Assembly (NCBI GenBank): GCA_041946735.1
Contig: JBHGAY010000016.1
Span: 63,157-127,156 of the forward strand
Reading direction: 5' to 3'
DNA: 64,000 nucleotides
From: Candidatus Eiseniibacteriota bacterium
GTDB taxonomy: Bacteria > Eisenbacteria > RBG-16-71-46 > CAIMUX01 > VGJL01
In this document: piece after piece, positions 10,120 through 18,848 of the stretch
How positions within the stretch are numbered: the first letter of the stretch is position 1
Layout of the letters: the number at the start of each line of letters is the position of its first letter
Program-made: the position numbers and the translations under genes
The notes under the pieces: generated by a model
Databases searched by the model: none
What the model was told of the DNA's origin: nothing
The model's input: the letters and a program-made list of their open reading frames with translations, nothing else

Positions 10120-10950
10120 ATGATGGCAACACTGCTACGAGGTAAGGGCGCAGGGAAGCCGGGAGGCGGCGGGTCGGCGATCCCGAGACCATGGCTGGCG
10201 GTGCCCGCCGTGCTGGGTCTCCTGTTCGGTGCCTCCGCCATCGCGGCTGCCGAGCCCGTCGATGACGAAGCGAGCGCCAGCGATCATTTGGGCTGGGTGC
10301 TCATCGACACAGCAGGTGGCACCCGTGAATGGGTCGTCGCTCCTCCGGAGCCGGGGACGCCGCTGGTGTCGGATGAGACCCTCGCGGTGGATCCGGTTCA
10401 GGCGGGCAATGCCGGTTGGATCGGCATCGTGTCGGACAGGGGAACCGAGGAGTGGGTGGTTGCCCCGCCTCCTGGTGCCGTGCCGGGCGATGTGACGGCG
10501 GCCGACGCAAGCCTGGTCGACGAAGAGGCGGCCGTCTCCGAGTCGAGGCAGGACTGGGTCTATCTGGAGACGGGACCCGGGTGCGGCGAGTGGGTGGTTC
10601 GGCCCCCATCGGCGTCGGGATCTTCGGCCTCTCTTGCGAACGCGGCGGGCGCCGGCCTCCGGCTCGACGCCGTCCCGCCGGTCGTTGCGGAAGGGGAGAG
10701 GGTGACGTTCTCAACCAAGGACAACCGCGTCTCCTCGCTTCAGATCCTTGTGTTCGACGTGACAGGACGGCAGGTGTACCAGAGCGCCGACGAGCCAGGC
10801 GGGACGGTCCGGTGGGATCTTCGTGACGATCGGGGGGCGCCCCTTTCCAAGGGGATGTACTTCTACAGCGCAAGCGGCCGGACATCCGCCGGCCGTCTGC
10901 AGTCCGCCAACCCGGGTAAGTTGCTGATCCTCGGCAGCGCTTCCAACTGA
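10120..10950 (+). CDS. Secreted protein with three W..G..EWVV.PP repeats and a T9SS-type CTD
   Basis: Hydrophobic signal region, three internal repeats, VFDVTGRQVY..WDLRD..GMYFY..GKLLIL. Confidence 0.7.
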   Translation: MMATLLRGKGAGKPGGGGSAIPRPWLAVPAVLGLLFGASAIAAAEPVDDEASASDHLGWVLIDTAGGTREWVVAPPEPGTPLVSDETLAVDPVQAGNAGWIGIVSDRGTEEWVVAPPPGAVPGDVTAADASLVDEEAAVSESRQDWVYLETGPGCGEWVVRPPSASGSSASLANAAGAGLRLDAVPPVVAEGERVTFSTKDNRVSSLQILVFDVTGRQVYQSADEPGGTVRWDLRDDRGAPLSKGMYFYSASGRTSAGRLQSANPGKLLILGSASN

Positions 10951-11351
10951 GGCGAAGGGGGAACGAAGCGCACGCGTAACGAAGATCAGCCGAGTGCGCT
11001 CTGACCAGAAGGCAGAGCGAGGGGCCGCCGGCACAGGGAGGTGCCGGCGGCTCAGTACGTGGCCCGTTCGGTTCCCGGATCGACGATTTCATCGGGGGGG
11101 GACGTAGAACCGGCGCTCGTGCGGTCACACGAGCGCCGATCCCCGTTCTCGAGCCTTATCCGCGTGTTAGCCGTAAAGGCCCTTGACGTGACCCATGACG
11201 TGCGCTCGACCGCCGTGGGAGCGCCGGGGTGGAAGAAGAGGTTGGCGATCACGTACGCCTCGGCCGCAGTGCGCCTCCGCCGCAGCGCGAATCGTGGTAA
11301 AATGTCTGGCGCGGCGGTCCCCCCGGAACGATTACATGGAGGGAAATGCCA

Positions 11352-13403
11352 ATGCTTCGCAAGCGGTCTGTCTGGGCGTTCCTCGCGGTCACGCTAGTCG
11401 CTCTCGGCGCGTCAGCGTCTTCCGCATCTGTCCCGCGGGTCGTCGTGCTCGAGTCCTTCGGCTCAGTCCTCTGAGACTTCTGCGTCGGAGCCCGGTGCGG
11501 GCTCCAGGCTTTGCAGGCGGACTACGGGTTCGATTCGGTCGTCCATTTCGAGCATCACGTCAGCGAGACGGATCCGTTCTGCACGGACGAGACGCTCGCC
11601 AGGTACGAATGGTACGGGGTCAACGGCGTGCCGGCCGTTGTGATCGACGGCTCATCGAGGGTCCTGGGAACCACTAACTGCGCATCCGCGGGCAGCAAGT
11701 TCCGTAACGCGGTCAATCAGAGGATGGGTGCGACCGGGTGGACGAGCCCGGTCCGCATCTCGGCGCACATGGGGGTCGAGGGAGCCTTGGCCCGGGTCAC
11801 GGCGAACTACGCGCTCGTCGATCCCGTAGCGCTCTCGAACCTTCGCGCGACGTTCGTCTTATACGAGGACAACGTCGAATGGTGCTGCGGATCGGGAGAA
11901 GTCCACACGTGGCACGGAGTGACACGGCGGATCCTGACGGAACCGATCGTCCTCCAGCGTATCGGGGACGAAGCGACCGTCACGATGGCGTTGCCGATCG
12001 ACCCAGGATGGGACGCGGGAGAGCTGCACGCCGTCGCGTTCCTTCAGGACTCCGTCTCCAAGGAGATCTTCCAGGGACAGGTGGTTCGCGATCTCTCGGT
12101 CGTCTTCCTCTCCCACATCGACTCCGTCCCGGACGGTTCCGCCGCCGTTCATTTCCCCGGGACGTTGCGCAACCTCCTCGCGACCGAGGCGGAGTTCACC
12201 CTCCGGATCACGAACCCGTTCGGGGACTGGCCGACCGAGTTCTTCGTCGGCGGAGACCCGCAGCCGCACACGGCACCGTTCCGTCTGGCGATCGCCCCGG
12301 GCGGATCTTGCGATCTCGCTCTCCACGCCCGCACCGACACGAGCAAGGTCGCGCGTAGCGGCACGTTCGAGGTGACCTGTGAGAGCACGGGTTCGACGGA
12401 GCGCAACGACTTCCGCGTCTTCAACGGGACGCCCGCCGTGATCCTCGTGGATCATGACTGGGGGAGCGCCTATGAGGCCTCGATGATGCGCGCCCTCGGC
12501 GCGAACGGCGTTCTCTTCGATCGATGGAACGTCATGACGCGGCGAGGGACCCCTCCGCTCGGGAAGATGAAGGGGGCGGACATCGTGATCTGGTTGAGCG
12601 AGGGCGCGGTCACCGACGTGCTGACGGACGGCGACGCCGTTGGGCTCTCGGCGTTCCTCGATTCGGGAGGCGCCCTCTTCCTCGCGAGCAACTACTACCT
12701 GAACGCCCTCCAAACACAGGATCCCTCATTTGCGCGAGCCTACCTCGGCGTCGACTCCGGGAATCTCGACCTGGGATACCGCAGGATGGACGGCGTCGCG
12801 GGGGACGAGATCGGTGACGGCATGGTCCTGCCGCTCATCTTCCCCCACGAGGAGTGGGCCTCGGGAGGGGACGGCATCGTCCCGACGGAAACCGCGACGA
12901 CCGACTTCGTCGCGGAAGGGGGCTCCCGCGCGATGATCCGAAACACCACGCCCGGGGGCGCCCGGTCGGTCTTCCTTGCCCAGCGCTTCGACGCGATCTC
13001 CGAGGACGATCCAGATCCGGACAACGCACGGACCCTGGTGAGGCGCATCTTCGACTGGCTGCGTCCGCAAGGGAATGCCGGCCTCGATGATCCGCCAGGC
13101 GCGGACGCCCTGCGGGAGGGAGTTCGGATCGTCGATGTCATCCCGAATCCCTTCCGCGGCGGCGTGCGGATCGCCTTCTTCCTCCCGGCATCGGATGTGG
13201 CGATCCCTGTGCGCCTCGACATCCTCGATGTGTCGGGACGGCGAGTTGCGACGGTTCTTGACGAGACGCTCGCGCCCGGACCCCACGTCGTTCGATGGGA
13301 AGGCCGGGACGAGGCGGGGCGGCGCGTCGCCCGGGGAGCCTACCTCGCCCGTCTCGTCACGCCTGGCGGGACGAGCTCGGCGAAGGCGCTTCTTTCGCGG
13401 TAG
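11352..13403 (+). CDS. Secreted Omp28/thioredoxin-like selenoprotein (UxxC) with further domains and FlgD-Ig/T9SS-type CTD
   Basis: In frame with ORF 11511..13403: GGAGGG RBS, ATG 11352, signal peptide MLRKRSVWAFLAVTLVALGASASSA, RVVVLESFGSVL-TGA(11472-11474)-DFC, later YGVNGVPAVVIDG (cis-Pro-like motif), VLYEDN, LHAVAFLQ; PNPF..WEGRD..GAYL CTD. Confidence 0.85.
11487..11505 (+). promoter_or_regulatory. Bacterial SECIS-like hairpin
   Basis: Perfect 8-bp stem GGAGCCCG/CGGGCTCC with a GTG loop; stem starts 12 nt after the in-frame TGA and the G-led loop 20 nt after it. Confidence 0.75.
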
Positions 13404-13593
13404 GCGAGCGTCCATGGGCCGCCGCTGGATCTCGAGTTCGAGATCCGCCTGCCGGTGTCCAACGCGCAGCCACCGGCATCGAGAACCGGTGAACCGAGGA
13501 TCGAGCAACCGCCTTGTCTTCTCCGCAGGATGACAGCAGCGGAAGCAGGATCAGGAATAGAGAGAGCGCGCGCACAGCGAGTAGCCGAGTCAT
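13357..13593 (-). pseudogene. Probable truncated lipoprotein gene (signal peptide then non-protein-like sequence)
   Basis: MTRLLAVRALSLFLILLPLLSSC lipobox; ATG overlaps the stop of an upstream orphan frame; runs into the 3' end of the opposite-strand gene. Confidence 0.3.
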
Positions 13594-13914
13594 GGGACCT
13601 CCGCAGCTTCGGACCTGACGAACGCGACGTGGAAGGTCATACCCTCGCCTCGCTGGAGTTCTGGTAGATCCGTCCGGAGCTGGCTGCAATTGACCTTCCC
13701 GTTGACGCTGCCCGGCCGCACCGGATTGCTGGAGCGGGACGCCGGGTGACAACCCCGCTGAGACGGAGAATCACTTTTCCCCGCACACCGCGTGCGCTTT
13801 TGCCGTGCTCCTTCGTTCCACCAGTGATAGAGCACCGCTCGGCCGCAACCGGAGGGCCTGCTCGCGCCCCCGGCAGGAAGCCAAGACGACGAAGCGAGGA
13901 GGGAAGGAGAAGCG

Positions 13915-14487
13915 ATGAAACCAGATCGAATCGCGGCGCTCGTCGCCCTCGGACTGGCGGCCTTTGGGTCGCCGGCCCTGGCAGACGAGTTCGCCATCCC
14001 GTGGTGGACGCTCGACGGTGGCGGAACGGTCGAAACGTTGGCCGGCGGTGGCTTCGCCGTCTCCGGAACGATAGGACAGCACGACGCCGGGCAGCCCATG
14101 ATGGGCGGCACCTACCAGATCCAGGGCGGCTTCTGGACGGGGGCGCTGCGAATCGCGAGCGATGTCGCCGAGCAGGATGTCGAGGGCTCTGCGGGAGGGA
14201 CGGGAGGCCTCGTCTTCGGCCTCGACGGCTCGGCGCCGAATCCGTTCCGCACACGGTCGATCGTCTCGTTCGAGCTGCCGAGCCGGCAGCCCGTCAATCT
14301 CGCGATCTTCGATCTTTCCGGGCGGCTGTGCCGCACCCTGATCAACGAAGACGTCGAGGCAGGCCGGCACGAGCGCATGTGGGACGCGCGCGACAACGAA
14401 GGCCGCGAGGTCGCATCCGGAATCTACTTCGCGGTCCTCTCGAGCCCGCTTGGGCAACAGCGCCAGAAGCTCGTCAAGATCCATTGA
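13915..14487 (+). CDS. Small secreted protein with DGGG..SGTIGQ..GGFW domain and FlgD-Ig/T9SS-type CTD (paralog of 1797..2342)
   Basis: AAGGAG RBS, signal peptide ..GSPALA, WWTLDGGG..SGTIGQHDAG..YQIQGGFW, PNPF..IFDLSGR..WDARD..GIYF..KLVKIH. Confidence 0.85.
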   Translation: MKPDRIAALVALGLAAFGSPALADEFAIPWWTLDGGGTVETLAGGGFAVSGTIGQHDAGQPMMGGTYQIQGGFWTGALRIASDVAEQDVEGSAGGTGGLVFGLDGSAPNPFRTRSIVSFELPSRQPVNLAIFDLSGRLCRTLINEDVEAGRHERMWDARDNEGREVASGIYFAVLSSPLGQQRQKLVKIH

Positions 14488-14610
14488 TCCGATCGCCCGT
14501 CGACCCGCGTGCAATTCGATGCGATCTGCCTGCGGGATTCGTCGGGACAAAGTCCAAACAAGCAGGTCGGATCGGCGCAAGAAGCCGGGCCCGGCAGGAA
14601 GGGGAAGACC

Positions 14611-15588
14611 ATGTCTCTCAGCATGATTCGGAGGATGGCAGTAGCGGCAGCATTCGCCGCCGTTCTCAGCACGGGCGTTGCGCGGGCCACCGAGCCGGCC
14701 TCCACCGCGTTCACCTATCAAGGACAACTCACGCAGGCTGGCATTCCTGCGGACGGAGTCTACGAGTTCGAGTTCAGGCTCTACGACGCGCCGGCTGAAG
14801 GCAACCTCGTCGCCTCGATCCCAGGCCCGTACCCCGCCACCGTGACGGAAGGCCTCTTCACCGCCCGTCTCGACTTCGGCGACGCCGCCTTCACCGGCTT
14901 GCAGCTCTGGCTGGAGATGGGCGTGCGGCCGGAGGGCGATCCCGGTCCCTTCACCATCCTCAGTCCACGCCAGGAGCTCTCGGCAACGCCCTACGCGAGC
15001 GTCGCTCTGAACTCTCCGTTCCTTCGCGCTGGTTCTGGCCTCTACTACGAGGGACGCATGGCGCTCGGAAGCGATCAGCCGCCAGTCGGGATCCTCGACG
15101 TGGTCGGTCCGCCTCATGATGCGACCGTGATCTTGCCGAACAATGCGATCTCCTCGGCCGAGTGCTTGGACGAGCCTGGGATAAGCGGCGCCTTCGCCAC
15201 CGGGGAGGTCTGGTTCACCAGCGCGCCGGTGACGTTGCGCACCGCCAGCATCGAGTGCCCGGGACCAGGGTATGTACTCGCTCTCGGCAGCACCGACCTG
15301 AGCGGGGTTGCGTACAGCTCGGCAGGCGGATACGTCGGAATCGAGAACACCGCCGACCCCGGTTCCTCGGCGCCGCCCGACGCCCGCTGGGTCATCTTCG
15401 GCGACGACATGCCGAGCATCTACTACTCCTGCCCGGTCTCTGTGAACAAGGTTTTCCCGGTGACCGCAGGAAACCACACCTTCTATCTCCGCGGATGGCG
15501 CGGGTTCGGGGACAACTCGCCGCGGGCGAACCGCGCCGGCCTGACCCTTCTCTTCATCCCGTCTGCCTACGGGGCCCTGCCGCTGTAG
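14611..15588 (+). CDS. Secreted protein with N-terminal TYQG domain (paralog of the 250..1800 N-terminus) and a different C-terminal domain
   Basis: ATG 14611, signal peptide ..GVARA, FTYQGQLTQAG..YEFEFRLYD..WLEMGVR..LSPRQ..PYA; no CTD. Confidence 0.8.
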   Translation: MSLSMIRRMAVAAAFAAVLSTGVARATEPASTAFTYQGQLTQAGIPADGVYEFEFRLYDAPAEGNLVASIPGPYPATVTEGLFTARLDFGDAAFTGLQLWLEMGVRPEGDPGPFTILSPRQELSATPYASVALNSPFLRAGSGLYYEGRMALGSDQPPVGILDVVGPPHDATVILPNNAISSAECLDEPGISGAFATGEVWFTSAPVTLRTASIECPGPGYVLALGSTDLSGVAYSSAGGYVGIENTADPGSSAPPDARWVIFGDDMPSIYYSCPVSVNKVFPVTAGNHTFYLRGWRGFGDNSPRANRAGLTLLFIPSAYGALPL

Positions 15589-15717
15589 CGCCAGCATGGA
15601 AAGACCCCTCAGTCAGTCACTGAGGTGCGGAGGCGATCTTCTTCCCTTAGAGGATCGCCTCTTTCGCTTCGTTTTCGGGAGAGGACGGACAGGAAGGCTG
15701 GGCGTTTCGACGACGAG

Positions 15718-16263
15718 TCACGCTAGTATTCGCGGGTCGCGCCGGCGTCCCGGGCCGAGCCGCATGACTGCGATCCGTCGAGAGGAGTGCGCTTTCTGGT
15801 TCCGCTGGACGAGCGGAAGTAAGCGTCGCACCGCGCGAGCGAAGAGGGCGGGCGAGGCGCTCGCGCGAGCTCTCGCGCTTGCACAATCCCTTCCGCTGGC
15901 GCACCGGCCGGCCTGACGGCAGGCGATCAGCATCCGCACAGCGTCTTGCGAAAGCCCGGTCTCCCGCGCGATCCGCGGGATAGGAGCGCCGGCGCGCGCG
16001 AGACGCGCGGCGTCGGCGAGACGTCCGTCCGAGGCGAGCGGGACCGCACGACGCAGCCGTTGCGCCCGTCCGCGAAACGCGACGAACGGAACGACGCCGA
16101 TCGCGATGATGGCTCCGGCGGCGAGCCCCGCTAACCCTCCGCCCACGGCGATCCCGGATCGATCGAGCCACGCCGCTGCCGGTCCTGGCAGCTTCGGCCC
16201 GACACCGGCTACGATCAGCAGCCCCGCGGCCGTCGCGACGGCGCGCCAGGTCTTCCGGTTCAT
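15718..16263 (-). CDS. Membrane-anchored hypothetical protein with an HTH-like motif, last gene of the fliL-fliA operon
   Basis: ATG overlaps the fliA stop (ATGA), GGAGG RBS, two hydrophobic segments, LARAGAPIPRIARETGLSQDAVRML. Confidence 0.55.
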   Translation of the reverse strand: MNRKTWRAVATAAGLLIVAGVGPKLPGPAAAWLDRSGIAVGGGLAGLAAGAIIAIGVVPFVAFRGRAQRLRRAVPLASDGRLADAARLARAGAPIPRIARETGLSQDAVRMLIACRQAGRCASGRDCASARARASASPALFARAVRRLLPLVQRNQKAHSSRRIAVMRLGPGRRRDPRILA

Positions 16264-17036
16264 GCCGCCTCCTCCTTCACTCGCTCCATCTCCGCGATCC
16301 GCGCTCGCAGACGTTGGATCGTCCTCGTGTGGATCTGGCAGATCCGCGACTCTGTCAGCCGCAGCACGGTCCCGATCTGCCGGAAGGTCAGTCCTTCGTG
16401 GTAGTGGAGGGCGAGGATCGTCCGCTCCCTCTCCGACAGCGCGTCGAGAGCCGCAGCAAGCTCGCGCCGCTCCTCTGCGCGCTCGATCTCCTGTCCCGGC
16501 TCGGCGGCGCTGGCGTCGGCGATCGTCTCGGCCATTCGCGGGCCGCGCCTGCGTCCTTCCTCGCCCGGCGACTCGAGGTTCAGGAAGACCGGCGCTGCGC
16601 CGTCGTCCGCCCATTCCCGGTAGGTGGCGACCGGGATCTCCATCTCCTCGGCGATCTCCTCGCCGGCCGGCTCACGCCCGAGCCTCTGCTCGAGACGCGC
16701 GCGCGCCGCGTCGATGCGTCGGTTGCGCTCGCGCGCCGTCCGCGGGATCCAGGAAAGGCTGCGGCTCTCGTCGAGGATCGCGCCGCGGATCCGTGGCACC
16801 GCGAAGGAGCTGAAGGCGAGGCCTCGCGCGGGATCGAACGACTCGAGCGCCTGGACGAGACCGATCGTGCCGGCGCTGACCAGGTCCTCCAGCTCGAGCG
16901 TCGCGGGCAGCCGCTTCGCCAGATCGCGCGCGGCGTGGTGCACGAGACCGAGGTACTGATCGAGGAGCAAGTTGCGCGTCGCCTCGTCCCCGTACGCGCG
17001 GTAGCGCTGCCAGAGCTGATCGGTCAGGCGCGTCAT
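16260..17036 (-). CDS. fliA: RNA polymerase sigma factor FliA/WhiG (sigma28)
   Basis: EDLVSAGTIGL..FDP.RG..FA.PRIRGAILDE; region 4 LTFRQIG.VL.LTESRICQIH. Confidence 0.95.
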   Translation of the reverse strand: MTRLTDQLWQRYRAYGDEATRNLLLDQYLGLVHHAARDLAKRLPATLELEDLVSAGTIGLVQALESFDPARGLAFSSFAVPRIRGAILDESRSLSWIPRTARERNRRIDAARARLEQRLGREPAGEEIAEEMEIPVATYREWADDGAAPVFLNLESPGEEGRRRGPRMAETIADASAAEPGQEIERAEERRELAAALDALSERERTILALHYHEGLTFRQIGTVLRLTESRICQIHTRTIQRLRARIAEMERVKEEAA

Positions 17037-17082
17037 CGGCCGCTGTCCTCGCCGCCCGCGGTGAAGGAAGTCTTCCAGTCCG

Positions 17083-17988
17083 TCACTTCTCGGCCGTCTC
17101 CAGCAGGCGCGTGACGATCGGCTCGACGGCTGCCTGTGCCTCAGCCTCCGCCACGAGCAATCCTCCGGGCATGCGCGCGGCCCGCGCGAGCGAGGGGCGC
17201 TCCGGCACGGCGCCGAGATACGAGAGCGGGCGATTCAGGAACCGGCGTGCCGCGTAGTCCAGCCGCTCGAAGACGGCCGTGCCCTCGCGCTCCTCGGCGG
17301 CTCGATTGACGAGGACGTCGATCGGGAGCGAGGGAGCCTGCATCGTCGCCACTTTGATGAGCGCGTAGGCGTCGCTCAGCGAGGCCGGCTCGGGCACGGC
17401 GACGACGATCATCCTGTCGGCCCGCACCGCCGAACGAATCGGACTTTCGATGCCCGGCCCGCCATCGACGACGACCACGTCGTGGTCCTCGTAGGCCGCG
17501 GTCAACTTGACGTGCAGGCGCGCCCGCTCGAGCGGATCGGCGGCGGCGCGCAGGCGGTCGCCGCTCGCCTCCGACGGCAAGAGCCACAGCCGGTCGACGA
17601 CCGACACGAGCTTCTCGCGCGCCTCGACCTGTCCGGTCAGGACCTCGTCGAGGTGAACCGCCGGGCGCACACCGAGAAGCAGGTGCAGATGCCCTCCTTC
17701 CTGCGCGCCGTCGAGTAACAGGACGTTCCGCGCCCGTCTCTGGAAGGCGCCGGCGAGCAGCACGGACAGCACCGACTTGCCGACGCCTCCCTTGCCGCTC
17801 CCGAGAACGATCACCTGCTCGGGACGACGGGAAGGCGGGGCCTGGCATGCTGCCGGCCGCCGCTGCTGCTCGAGCCCCAGATGCTGCCGCGCGGGTGCGT
17901 CGTGCGACTGCTCCGGCGCCGAAGCGATCGAAGCGATCGGCCGCCCGCCCGCGCGGTGCCTCGTCAGAGGAATCTCGATCTCGATCAT
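17083..17988 (-). CDS. flhG: MinD/ParA-type flagellar number regulator FlhG/FleN
   Basis: SGKGGVGKS deviant Walker A, PEPASLSDAYALIK; lies between flhF and fliA. Confidence 0.88.
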   Translation of the reverse strand: MIEIEIPLTRHRAGGRPIASIASAPEQSHDAPARQHLGLEQQRRPAACQAPPSRRPEQVIVLGSGKGGVGKSVLSVLLAGAFQRRARNVLLLDGAQEGGHLHLLLGVRPAVHLDEVLTGQVEAREKLVSVVDRLWLLPSEASGDRLRAAADPLERARLHVKLTAAYEDHDVVVVDGGPGIESPIRSAVRADRMIVVAVPEPASLSDAYALIKVATMQAPSLPIDVLVNRAAEEREGTAVFERLDYAARRFLNRPLSYLGAVPERPSLARAARMPGGLLVAEAEAQAAVEPIVTRLLETAEK

Positions 17989-18848
17989 TGCGGCCTCCCG
18001 CTCGTGCCGGCGCGCGGCGCCTGCCGCAGATCGCCGGGGATCTCCTGGCCGTCGCTCGCCCAGCGCATCGCCAGCTCGTGCTCGCTCGCCAGCTCCGCGA
18101 TCGACCCGATCGACGGGTCGTCGCCGAACTCATCGAGCTTGGTCGGAAGCAGGTGCGTGACGCCGTCGGCGCGATGCTCGGCGATCCAGCGTCGCGCCAG
18201 TCTCGGATGCAGCCCGGCCGGCAGCGCGAGATGCACCTCGTCGGGAGCGAGCGCGCGCAGCATCTCGCGGACGAGCCCGATCTCCGCGCGACGCCCGGGC
18301 CCGCGCCCCGGCGTGTCGACGAGCAGCACGTCGCAGCCGCGCAGGCGCCGCACCGCGTCCGGCAAGTCGGTCGGCTCATAGGCGGCGGCGAACGGAATCC
18401 CCGAAAGCGCGGCGAACTGGCGGGACTGCTCGATCGCGCCGACGCGGTGGCTGTCCAGCGTGAGCACCGCGCACGACTTCCCGCCGAATGCCTGCGGGTG
18501 CGAGGCAAGCTTCGCGATCGTCGTCGTCTTGCCGCCTCCGGTCGGACCGACGAGCGCGAGCACGAAGGGCCGCCCGCCCCGCTTCGCCCGCTCCGGGATG
18601 GGGAACGGGACGGGCGTCGGACGCGACGCGGGACTATTGCCTGCCATCGACACTGCCGACGCGGGGTCACCGGCGACCAGCTCGAACCACGCGGCGGCTC
18701 CCTCACCGGCGTGCGGGCCGTGTCCCGCGGCACCGCGGCCGCCGCTCCTCCTGCGGATCTCCAGGACGACGGCGTCCTCGCCGATCGTCTCCTCGGCGCG
18801 CGCGAGCAGCGCCGGGATGCTCGTTCCCGAAAATGTCTCAAGCGGCAT
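17985..18848 (-). CDS. flhF: SRP-family GTPase FlhF (short form)
   Basis: GPTGGGKTTTIAKLA, DSHRVGA, DTPGR, TKLDE, GQEIPGDL; N-terminal GEDAVVL motif. Confidence 0.9.
   Translation of the reverse strand: MPLETFSGTSIPALLARAEETIGEDAVVLEIRRRSGGRGAAGHGPHAGEGAAAWFELVAGDPASAVSMAGNSPASRPTPVPFPIPERAKRGGRPFVLALVGPTGGGKTTTIAKLASHPQAFGGKSCAVLTLDSHRVGAIEQSRQFAALSGIPFAAAYEPTDLPDAVRRLRGCDVLLVDTPGRGPGRRAEIGLVREMLRALAPDEVHLALPAGLHPRLARRWIAEHRADGVTHLLPTKLDEFGDDPSIGSIAELASEHELAMRWASDGQEIPGDLRQAPRAGTSGRPQ

Noticed and set aside
11511..11513. ORF-track TTG start for the Omp28-like gene
   Set aside because: It has no RBS or signal peptide and would remove the redox motif; ATG 11352 with UGA read-through fits better.
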